The notes beneath the pieces are model-generated. The model was not told the DNA's origin. It saw nothing but the letters and a program-made list of their open reading frames with translations, and did not search any database. A stretch of DNA of 64,000 nucleotides from Cyanophora paradoxa CCMP329 (taxonomy: Eukaryota > Plantae > Glaucophyta). Where the stretch lies: positions 1-64,000 of the forward strand of contig QPMI01000454.1 in assembly GCA_004431415.1 (NCBI GenBank), written 5' to 3'. The translations under genes and the position numbers were made by a program. Of this stretch, positions 1 to 9,831 are shown one piece after another (position 1 is the first letter of the stretch; the number at the start of each line of letters is the position of its first letter).

Positions 1-640
1 TTGGTCTTCATCTCATCAACTGCCTGCTCATCGATTTGAGTTTCTTTCTTACCAATGAACTGCTTATCTGGGAGACCAGTAATTCCCATTCTATACACCT
101 CCTTTCGCAGCATCTCCTTTAATTTCGCTCTCTCTTTCTTCTCAGAGACATACTGTTCAAGTGCACTCGATTTCGCTTCCAGATCTTTTAGTTTCGCAGT
201 CATTTCGTCCCATTGGGCTTGGGAATTCGGTGAATATTCTGTGTAGGTGCGACCTTGTAGGTGACCTCACCAGCCATGGATTGAATTACCTTGTCTGATT
301 CCTTGGAGACACCTTCACCTTTGCGAGCAAGTGAGAGATCTTGCAGACCCAGTCCTTTATCATCAGCAGCACCAATAATTCGACGAGCACCTTCACCAAC
401 TGCTTTCATCTTTGTGGCTTCGGGTGAAATATTCAATTGATCACTGGTGGATGTTTGAGGCGCTTTATCATCGGGAGATTCTTCGTAAGCAGCATTGAGG
501 GGATCTTCCTGTTGCTGTGATGCTTTCACTTCATTGACACCATTGAATTTCATGGGATCTGTGTTAATAGAACCGGTTCCAGAGGATGCAGAATATGACA
601 TAGCACCGGCAGGAACACCAACTTTGCGTTTGGAAGGCAT
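1..640 (-). CDS. Viral hypothetical protein, apparently frameshifted near 240 and running off the window edge
   Basis: ORF 200-640; a second frame continues as a charged coiled-coil-like stretch (WDEMTAKLKDLEAKSSALEQYVSEKKERAKLKEMLRK). Confidence 0.5.
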
Positions 641-668
641 TGTATATTTATTAGAAGCAGAGATTATT

Positions 669-1447
669 TTACAAACCTCTCTTATATCGCATCAGTTTAT
701 TCGAATGAACACCACTCTTGACCTCTTTGGGTGCTTCCTCTTTCTGTGGAGATGGTAGTTCATCTTCTTTCTTTTTGGGCTTCCTGTGGAACCGAGGAAA
801 TGGGAAATCTTTGACCAGATCCGCTTTATCAACATAATAGTTCACCGAATAATTTGCAGAAGACCACACAATATATTGGTAAGAGTGCACATACTCCTCA
901 AACATCTTATAGAAATCGTCCTTGTTTCGCATGATATTATATTCCTCTTCAATGGCTTCGAGTTCTTTGCGATTTGCAGCACTCAGGAACACAGCATAAT
1001 CCGAATTTACTCGAATTGTTGAAGAAACCTTCCTCAGCTTCTGTGTGATGCAGATAATCGAGATTTTCGAATGGCGACCTCTGGAATAAAGAGATCCCAC
1101 GATTTTGTCTCGGGTCAAATCAATGATTTCGTTGTCTATTAGATCATCTAAGACCACACACAGGTGATTGACAGGTTCCCTTTTTCGATTTTCTCCTGCC
1201 TTTCATCCAGTAATTTGAAATGTAAGCAGCATCCCATTTCCCGAGTTGCAATGTTGCAACTGCATCCAGAAATGATTGAAGGACGTCCACTCACAACAAG
1301 AACAGTATCAATCTTTTTCGCATCATGCAGCTGTTTCAACCAATATTTCACACATTCTGACTTGCCTGTTGCAGACTTTCCTATGAAAAGAGCACGAAAT
1401 GGTGGGGTTATCATCTCAGATGCAACAAATTCTTCTAAATCGTTCAT
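669..1447 (-). CDS. A32-like (FtsK-HerA superfamily) virion DNA-packaging ATPase, frameshifted
   Basis: Walker A PFRALFIGKSATGKS in ORF 1148-1447; Walker B VLDDL and SRGRHSKISIICITQ...IRVNSDY in ORF 669-1157. Confidence 0.9.
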
Positions 1448-1516
1448 GGCTTTGTAGATCTTTCTTATTAAAGATAGATAAAAATAACGAACTGTTACTG
1501 ATAATGGTTTTACAGA

Positions 1517-2486
1517 TTAGAGAGATAAGAGGAATTGTTTAATGCACCGCTCAATATCAGTTTCTGTGTATGGGATGCGCAAGAGTTGGATATTGTTGGC
1601 TTCACAATAGCGGGTTTTAATCTGATCACGAATTTGCAGTTGCTCAAATGCTTTTTCTCCACCAAAAACCTCTACTGGTTCGAAGTGTTGGCGACCATCA
1701 TACTCAATTGCGATTTTCAGAGCGGGAATATAGAAATCGAAGGAAGTGCTTTTGTTTTACGACAGTCTTCAAAGGTAAATTGTCTGTTGTAATCAAGCCC
1801 AATTTCTTCCAAGACTGCTTCAATTGCAAGTTCACCTTTTGAGTTCTTGCAACGAGGGCAACCTCTATTCATCAGATGATTACAAGGAAGCTGATCGAAT
1901 TCATTTGAGCATTTCATACACTTGATGGATATTTTTGTTTTCTTGTTGACATACTTGACCTTGGAATAGTCATAGCGATCTCCATGGACTTCTTTCGCTT
2001 TCTCAATAAATAATTCTGTATTATTTCGCCTGTGATGACCATTTTGTTGGAGAAAACATGCTTTGCACCCTTGCTTTCTCAAATGTGCATATGGTGCCTG
2101 CTCAAAGGTCGATTTACACCCATTACACTTGATCAGAACTTTGCTTCTTGCATTCATATATTCAACGGCAGAATAATCATATCTGTCACCATGAACTTTC
2201 TTTGCCTCTTCAACAAAGGTGCTTTGTGGCTTCTTGCGATCATCATGAAGTTGTTTATCTCTGCAAGAAGGACATCCACCATTATTAACTCTTTTAGCCA
2301 TGCAAATATGATTTCCAGCAATTGTCTCAAAGTATTCCCTGCAAGTTTTGCAAAACAGAGTAACCTTTGCATGGTATGACTTGTAAACAACCCGATCATA
2401 TCCAAATTTATCTCCATGGGCTGCTTTGCTCTTCTCAATAAACTGTTCGATCGAGAGGGGTTTCTTTGTTTTATTATTGTAGACAC
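1517..2486 (-). CDS. DUF723-like zinc-ribbon repeat protein with C-terminal Vsr/DUF559-like PD-(D/E)xK endonuclease, frameshifted
   Basis: Three HGD(R/K)xxYxxVxY...CxxC...F.Q...H...GCxxC-type repeats, then SKGE...F..C. Restoring one base near 1741 gives LPFDFYIPALKIAIEYDGRQHF...RDQIKTRYCEANNIQLLRIPY. Confidence 0.8.
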
Positions 2487-2564
2487 CTTTTCTTTAAGTA
2501 GAAATCAAGGATGAAAAATGAATCAAATTTTGCAGACTTAGGTAACAAAAACATACATTTGTGA

Positions 2565-3934
2565 TTATAGATTGATTCGCCTCAGGCCGTCCTTATCGAC
2601 TATAATGAAACTGTGCATGAGAGCACGAACATTAACAGTGATTGTCTGGTCAGAAGGCATGTATAGAGTGAGGAAAGAGGAGGAGGAGTTCGTGAGATCA
2701 ACATAGCCAGACTGGGCAATGTTGCGAATCGCTTTCTCTCCATCAACACAGAATGGTAGACCACTGAGGACATATTTGTCTGCAACCTTGTCCATATTTG
2801 AGCACTTGAAGGCATCCGCAATTAATTCGGCACCTTTGAGGAGAGGGATGGGCTCAGTAGCATAGAGACGTTGACCATTAATTTCAACAGTGAAAGTAAT
2901 GTCTTTTGAGTTAGCATGCGTTTTTAGGACACTGTGGGAACCATTGAAACCATCTATACCTGCGGCATCACGAACTGAAACAAGAAGACCATAGACAAGA
3001 CCAGAGATCTGTGACAGGTTAATACGATTTGGCTGAGCATTGCCTTTTGCAGCAAAATTGACACTGTCTACGAAACCAATATCCAGAGCAGGAATAGCCA
3101 TACCAGTGGTCTTCACCTTCTCAATGACAGTAGCAAACAGTTCATCAGAAACATTAATAGCATGCATGTAAAGACGAGGAGAAGTGACTTTAATTTCGGG
3201 GTTGTTCCAGAGATGGTGAAAGTGGTGATTTGTTGACCAACATGGGCAAGAGTAGCATTAGCAGTAGCACCAAGTCCATCATCCTCTGTCTTATCAGCAG
3301 CTGTTCCACCAACAACTGGAAGAGCACGACCACCATAAGAAGTCTCAACATAACCCTTTCCAGCATCCTTGAACCAGACAGTTACCACCATTTCTCCTGA
3401 GAGAGCACCAAGAGGTAGGTAGTGGTTTAGCCATGGGACTGGGATTTCAACAAAGAATGAACCACCAAGTCGGTTGGTTCCATGAGCAGGGATACCATGA
3501 ACCATTCCCATTGAACGCTTCTTCTTGGCGAGTTGATCCTCACTGTAATAGATAAGAGGGAAATGAGCAAGGAAATCAGAAGGCACATGGAATGTGTAAG
3601 ATCCATAGGTGATTTCAAGTCGAGAGACAAGAGCACCAACTGGGCGAACGTATCCATTGCGAACAAGGTCGGTATCACCAGCAAAAGTGACAGCTGGAAG
3701 GTCAAACGCAAGTTCGAGTTTTCCACAGAAATTGTAGCGAGGGAGCTTGAACGAAATGCGATTTCCAGCATTATTCTCGAAAGTGTTGCTTGGGTTCACA
3801 ACAACAAGAACTGGCTTCGACTTGGATTCAAGACCAAGCATGAGAGAGTTGTCCAGGAAGAACGCCTTGGCTTCTTCCGGGGTTGTTAGAGCTTCTTTCA
3901 GAGAAAGACGTTGGAGGGTCGAAGTAATATCCAT
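2565..3934 (-). CDS. Major capsid protein, NCLDV (Vp54)-like double jelly-roll, one frameshift near 3170-3200
   Basis: N-half SFKLPRY..KLELAFDLP, LVSRLEITYG, FVEIPVPW..HYLPLGAL..EMVVTVWF; C-half VEINGQRL, LPF.....QSGYVDLTN, VNVRALMHSFIIVDKDG. About 455 aa when joined. Confidence 0.8.
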
Positions 3935-3988
3935 GATTATCTCTTTTATTATACTGCAACATAAAAAATTCACCAATGATCCTTGATT

Positions 3989-4999
3989 TTACGCAAAATT
4001 CGCAATAACCGGATAAGATGGATGGGTTTCCGCCATCCTCCTCTTGAAATATTCATACACAGGATCACCAGCAGGTTCATCACCATATCGAATTTCGAAG
4101 GTGAGATGCACAGGTTGACCCTCGAAATCAATTGGTTCATTAATTGCATTCACAATGTCAACCGAAAATGTGGAAAGTCCCAGATTCTTGTTATAGTATT
4201 TATAAATCGGATGGGCTTCTGTCGAATTATAAACGACATGCTCACCATAATCTTTATCTGGAACCACGATTTTGTGGAAATATCCAGTGAGGAGACCATC
4301 ACCACATTGAACCAGATCACCCAACTCCTTTACTCTCACAAACAGAACACTATCCCTGGTCTTTTCAGGTTCAAATGAAGATATGATACCATGCACCATC
4401 GACCCAGTAAAGATACCATCAGTCAGAGTATTATAAACTTGTGATTGGATTGGTGTGTTACCATATCTCCCAGGATCAAGACCAAGCAGTCGAGCAGAAC
4501 TCAAAAACCTCTGAATCTGTGCCTGGGTTGGGTTAATTGCGGTTGAGAAAGCCAGGTAAAACGGTATGGTTGAATGGAATATAACTCGTTTCAGTGTATC
4601 ATCCCATTTGCAACGAATAGCTACTGCTGGTTCTCTCAATGCAAGTTTGGAGTTAATTACATTCACCAGTTGTTGGTGGTTTTGAATGGGTGTGCTGCGA
4701 CTTATCACAATGTGTTTCCATGATTCATAATCAGCAGCAGGTCGATCAGTTGGAATACCAGTGCTTCCTGCACCAGAAAGATATTCAGACCAATAAAGGT
4801 AGAATGCATTATCTATTGTCACATCTCCTACTTTGGTTTCACCACTCACCATGGGGATGCTGTTATAGAATTCTGCTGAGACCAGTCTTACTGCTCTTAC
4901 AAATTCATATGTGCTGGGGAGGCGAGCAATAAAACTCGAAGTAGGTCCATCTCCCGAAATTGTATTGAAAGAGCTCACTTCAATGTAATCCACAGGCAT
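3989..4999 (-). CDS. Minor capsid (penton)-like single jelly-roll protein 1
   Basis: Intact 336-aa ORF with LPSTYEFVRAVRLVSAEFYNS and C-terminal FSVDIVNAINEPIDFEGQPVHLTFEI; adjacent to the MCP. Confidence 0.7.
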   Translation of the reverse strand: MPVDYIEVSSFNTISGDGPTSSFIARLPSTYEFVRAVRLVSAEFYNSIPMVSGETKVGDVTIDNAFYLYWSEYLSGAGSTGIPTDRPAADYESWKHIVISRSTPIQNHQQLVNVINSKLALREPAVAIRCKWDDTLKRVIFHSTIPFYLAFSTAINPTQAQIQRFLSSARLLGLDPGRYGNTPIQSQVYNTLTDGIFTGSMVHGIISSFEPEKTRDSVLFVRVKELGDLVQCGDGLLTGYFHKIVVPDKDYGEHVVYNSTEAHPIYKYYNKNLGLSTFSVDIVNAINEPIDFEGQPVHLTFEIRYGDEPAGDPVYEYFKRRMAETHPSYPVIANFA

Positions 5000-5027
5000 C
5001 TTCTTTTATCTATAAACATATATTAAA

Positions 5028-5958
5028 ATGATTCGGCTGGTCAATATAGATAGCAGAGACCGATCAGATGGACAAATAGAAAACTCCTACAAAGTTTCAC
5101 TCACAACCCCAGTGACCAAACCAAGAGAATGTCGAGTTTTGTATGCAGAGATCCCCAACAGCATCTATAACTCCATTGGAACAGACCACCTTCTTGTCAG
5201 ATTCTACTACCAAGGCATCTCTGAAACCAAGCAGGTCTTCCTTCTCCCAAGTGGTTACATAAATCAAGGTCATTTCGGGTCACCACTCCATATAATTATG
5301 GTCTGAATTTCACATTTACTGGGAGCAACAATCTCACATATGCATTCAAGGTCTACTACAACCCTACCTCCTACAAATTGGAGTTTTACAGTAATGTTCA
5401 ATTCGATATGGTTGCATCTACACAGAGATTGGGTAAACTTCTTGGTGTGAGTTCAGTGGAGTGGGTGGCTTCCACTGAACAGATTTACGATTTCCCAGAG
5501 TCTGCAAGGTCTTTATATGCCCCGAGAATTTCCTTTATTTCGCAGGAATACCAATCACCCCAAACCATCCCCAATGGGGAATCACATTCACAGGATATGA
5601 ATTCGAGGCATCTCGCTTAAACTACAAGTTAGAAGCTTCCAAGATGACAGATATGAATGCAGAACAGTATTTATACATGCACATTAAAGAACTCTCCCCA
5701 TTTGCTACAAACCACAATATTGTCCCACAATCTCAACCACAGAATCAAGGAGCGATTCTCAGATTGCAATTAAGTAAAGATATTGGACAGTATGTTTATC
5801 ACAGTGGAGAGCACAGTGAATACATAAAAATAACCGATCGAAACCTTGTGATTAGAGAGTTAACAGTTGAGTTTCGCGATTATTATGGTGATCTTGTAGA
5901 TATGAATGGAATTGACAACTCATTCCAGTTAGAGTTCTTGGCTATTGGTAATGATTAA
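5028..5958 (+). CDS. Minor capsid (penton)-like protein 2 (IDSRDR family), split by frameshifts
   Basis: N-terminal VNIDSRDR...VLYAEIPNS; C-terminal YLYMHIKEL...LTVEFRDYYGDLVDMNGIDNSFQLEF; three consecutive ORF fragments. Confidence 0.75.
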
Positions 5959-6163
5959 ACCGATCCTGATAGAAGAACTCCCCATCTGTCTCGAAAATAT
6001 TAAGAATGGGACTCTTTCGATCTTCTGTATACCATCGGCGAATTGTCTTATCCCATTTAGCACCATTCTTTTTCAAGAATCTACAAAGAGTTGATCTCCT
6101 TGTAATTCGCAATCCCATCTCTTGAAAGATCTCATAATGATCTTGTATTCTTTTCACAATCAA
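5942..6163 (-). CDS. Small DUF5710-like protein
   Basis: KKNGAKWDKTIRRWY matches the GAxWDxxxxxWY motif. Confidence 0.5.
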   Translation of the reverse strand: MIVKRIQDHYEIFQEMGLRITRRSTLCRFLKKNGAKWDKTIRRWYTEDRKSPILNIFETDGEFFYQDRFNHYQ

Positions 6164-6409
6164 GATGTAAGTCCATGGAAATTGTGATATTGCTGGTTAA
6201 TCGGCATGTTTCCTTTACAGCATGATGGGAAATCGTTTGTCATTTTTTGGCGAAACGAGAGTATCTCATGAGATAGATGAGAGAATAACAGGTGTGTTTT
6301 CAGGGTTGGAGAAATCGGAGAAACATAGAGTATTGCGATTTCCGAGTTAGTTGACACTGAGAAATTCAGAATTTCAGATGGTCTTACTGAAAATGGTCAG
6401 ATAATCGGG

Positions 6410-7435
6410 TGTGACACCTATTTAATTGACTGTGACGCCTCTTTAATTGACTGTGACGCCTGTGACGCCTGTGACGCCTACTTTCAAACTTTCTAAAATT
6501 TTCAAAAATGACAGACTTCTGAAAACAGCCGTCACAGCCGTCACAGGCGTCACACCCAATTAAAAATGGAATCTATCTCTCTTACTGGGATATTCAAAAA
6601 TATATTCTTGTCTTACTGAAATCCGTCTTGTGACACCTCTGACACCTACAAAACACTATCCATTAATCCACCTTCTCGAAAATGCGAAGTTGTCTTACTG
6701 GAAATGGTCTGCAATTTCGCTGTGACACCTAAATTAATTGAGTGTGACGCCTGTGACGCCTGTGACGCCTACTTTCAAACTTTTTAAAATTTTCAAAAAT
6801 GACAGACTTCTGAAAACAGGCGTCACAGCCGTCACAGGCGTCACAGACATTCTGCCCCCTTACTACTCTTCTCAAAAACAGAAATATATCTTACTGAATA
6901 TCATTTGAATACTATCTGTCACACTTGATTTCATTTATTCTGTTTTATAGAACATCTGCAATCTAATCGATTGATCAATTGGAGACCATGCAACTCTGTG
7001 ACACCTAAGTTAATTGAGTGTGACGCCTGTGACGCCTGTGACACCTACTTTCAAACTTTTTAAAATTTTCAAAAATGACAGACTTCTGAAAACAGGCGTC
7101 ACAGCCGTCACAGGCGTCACAGCCGTCACAGGCGTCACAGACATTCCACCCCTCTTACTGACTTTCTCAAAAACAAAACTATCTCTTACTGAATATCATT
7201 TGAATACTACCTGTCACACTTGATCTCAATTATTCTGTTTTATAGAACATATGCAATATAATCGATTGTTTAATTGGACGTGATGCAGTTCCGATATATT
7301 CCAATAGAAAATCCCGCAATCTGATCGATTGTTTAATTGGACATAATGCAACTCTGTGACACTCTTTCGGTGCAAAAATGTAAATCCGCAATTCCATCGA
7401 TTGTTTAATTGGACATAATGCAACTCTGTGACAGT
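6410..7435. repeat. Subterminal repeat array: three ~280-310 bp units, each with tandem TGTGACGCC 9-mers facing inverted (G/C)CGTCACAG 9-mers across a conserved AT-rich spacer, then ~4 copies of an ATCGATTGTTTAATTGGAC..TGCA motif
   Basis: Units start near 6410, 6721 and 6997 and share the spacer TACTTTCAAACTTTYTAAAATTTTCAAAAATGACAGACTTCTGAAAACAG. Confidence 0.9.
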
Positions 7436-7759
7436 TTTTGCGTTTTCCGATACAAAATGGGCGGTGGTCTACTTCAATACCGATGAGATATATCGAGTTT
7501 ATGCGAATTTATGCGAATTTATGCGAATTAATCGCGATTATATCGTTCTTTAAGTAGTTTAATGTTAATCAATCGAAGTTATATATGTAATCGACAAAGA
7601 ACATAATTTATCGATATAATATCGATTGAATCAATCGTGAATATGCATTAAATTAAACGCGTTTATCATTTTTAATACGAAGTTTGCATTAATTTATACA
7701 AAGTTTGCATAAAAAGTTAAAGAAATTAATCGATAAATATGTATTTTAGTATTAAATTA

Positions 7760-7854
7760 ACACATATTGAAAAACGAATTTAAATCCAGAGTGAATCGAG
7801 ATCGCGAAGCGATCGAGATGAACGAGGGATTTAAATTCGTTTTTCAATATGTGT
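7760..7854 (+). repeat. Terminal 95-nt hairpin/palindrome of the viral element
   Basis: 7760-7787 is the exact reverse complement of 7827-7854 (28 bp); the apex is GATCGC-GAA-GCGATC at 7800-7814. Confidence 0.95.
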
Positions 7855-9831
7855 GCTGTGGTGGATCAGGAAGGCCCCGTACGTGATCCGCACCACCGCC
7901 GAGTAGGGGAACATGTCGAGCCCGCGCCTGAAGATGTTCTCCGCGATCTCGACCGCCCGCGGGCTGCTGTGCTCCTCCAGGAAGCGCGTCGCGACCTCGA
8001 CGTGCCAGGCGCGGTCCAGCGCCAGGCCGTAGGCCCGCCCCGTGCAGAGGTACCGCCGGTAGTAGAAGCCGCAGTAGTAGTAGCCGAGGGCGCCGGCGGG
8101 GACGATGCCGAGGATCATGAGCGTGTAGAAGGCGGCGGGCGTGGTCGACTCGCGGAGCCGCTTGTCGGCGGCGCCCTCGAGGAACATGAAGATGGAGATC
8201 CACAGGAAGGCAGCGTACGACGCGCAGCGCAGCTGGTTCATCCACAGGCGGAAGAAGGGGTAGTATCTACGCACAAATGTTTAAGACTGAATACAAAAAG
8301 CGGGCCCATGACCATGACAAGGCACGCACGCGAGGACCGACCAGAGGGCGGCTGCGACGCAGGCGACGGAGAGGGCGCCCGTGAGCGTCTGGTTGAAGTC
8401 GGTGTAGCAGAGGACGACCTGGACCGCCAGCATCGCCGTCAGGTTCATGAGCTCGCTGCGCGACTGCCCGCGGTTGAACCAGACGCCCTTGCTGTACGGG
8501 TTGCTGCGCCCAGGACAAGTCAGGGTCGTCGCGTGGCGCTGGCCCGGCGGCCTTGGATGCATGCGCAGGCCATGCTCGCCTCTCATAGTAGAAGAGGCCT
8601 GCACTCGGCACAGGCATTCACGATATCGATTAGTCGACGAACGTCAGAGCGCGAAATATTCGCGGTTCGATATTTCGCGATCGCGGACCGTAGCTGTACG
8701 TGAGCAGCAGGAAGGCGAAAGCGGTGACGCCCGTGACGGCGCACATCATGACGTGGTAGGCCCCCCAGCACGTCACCTCGGGGAAGCTGCGCGCGCCCGT
8801 GGCGGTCAGATCTAGAGAGAGCGAAGCCCTCGAGCCGAGGGTGGGGGCCGGGACCTGTAGTGGGGGGTCCGCCCGAGGCCCGGGCTGCGGCAGTCGTAGA
8901 CCTCGAGGAGGACCACCAGAAATGGGATGTAGACCGCGTTCGGGAACACTGCGCGCGCCGATAGCGATATCGATATCGATCCAGGCCCAGGGGGGGACTC
9001 GAGCTCGCGATCGAGCGCACAGTGCCCGAAGACGCGGAGGTAGCGCAGGGGGAACTTGAACTTGAAGCTGCAGGCACAGGGCCAGGGCGTCGGCGCGGTG
9101 AAGTACGAGACGAGTGGTTCAAGGCCCCGCACCTGTGCATGCTAAAGGCGTACCCCACGTACGCGGCGTTCATCGCGGCGATCCAAATGACGGCGGAGAC
9201 GAAGCCGTACAGGATCGTGAACCTGCGCGCACGCGCGGAATTCAACTTCCCTTCGGGCGTGAGACGGAGCGGGTCTGGGCCAAGGATGGGCCCACCGCTC
9301 CCAGGTCCACCAGACGCCGTCGAACCGGAACCAGTCGTGGAGGAAGTGGCCCAGCTCCTGTGGGCGCCGGGGGCGCGGCCGGGGTGATCAGGAGACGGGC
9401 GCCGGTCAATTGCAAGCAGGGCAGGCGGACTCGGGGCGGACCGTGTAGGGCCCGCCCCAGGGGACGGGGTTCCCGTTGACGCCGGGGAGCCCCCAGAACA
9501 TCATGCACATCGCTGCGGGGGCGCGGCGTGAGGGCGACGGCGACCTCGGGCTCGGCGGGGCGGGGCGGGCCGGCGAGGGCGCACGCATGAGGAGGACGAA
9601 GGTGACCTGCACGACGAGGTCGAAGACCTGCCAGCGCCTGCTCCGGCTCGTGTCTTTAATGGCCACCAGGGCGATGCCGAATATAGTCGTGCGGACGGAC
9701 TCCAGGGCGACGCGGACTTCCCCGATCGCCCCGGGCGCCTCCGTCCGACTCGAGGCCCACGACCCCGCCTGCGAGCCGCCCCCGTGCGACGAGGCGCCAT
9801 CCCCGCCCGCCTTCCTCCGCCGAACCACCAT
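7855..9831 (-). pseudogene. 5' part of a multi-exon TmcB/TmcC-like multi-pass membrane protein gene, interrupted by the viral insertion
   Basis: Several TM exons followed by YYPFFRLWMNQLR...WHVEVATRFL...AENIFRRGLDMFPYSAVVRITYGAFLIHHS, which runs straight into viral DNA. Start position uncertain. Confidence 0.6.

Larger units (their letters stand above)
1..7854. mobile_element. Endogenous small DNA virus (Polinton-like/virophage-sized architecture, NCLDV-type capsid); right end only, left part lies outside the window
   Basis: Sharp drop in GC relative to the host, compact intronless genes, MCP + 2 pentons + packaging ATPase, a repeat-rich subterminal region, and an abrupt junction into a host exon at about 7854/7855. 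Confidence 0.9.

Noticed and set aside
669-5958. Programmed ribosomal frameshifting in viral genes
   Set aside because: Breaks occur in many unrelated genes with no consistent slippery site; decay or sequencing error is simpler.
7014-7423. ORFs 7014-7223 and 7226-7423 as proteins
   Set aside because: They are translations of the non-coding repeat array (VTP/VTG and HYVQLNNR repeats).
6410-7435. CRISPR-like array
   Set aside because: The spacers are conserved rather than unique, the repeats are inverted 9-mers, there are no cas genes, and the context is a eukaryotic virus.
7760-7854. Protelomerase target or poxvirus concatemer-resolution sequence
   Set aside because: The centre is not a perfect palindrome and the T6-N7-9-TAAAT pattern is not matched; kept only as a generic hairpin end.
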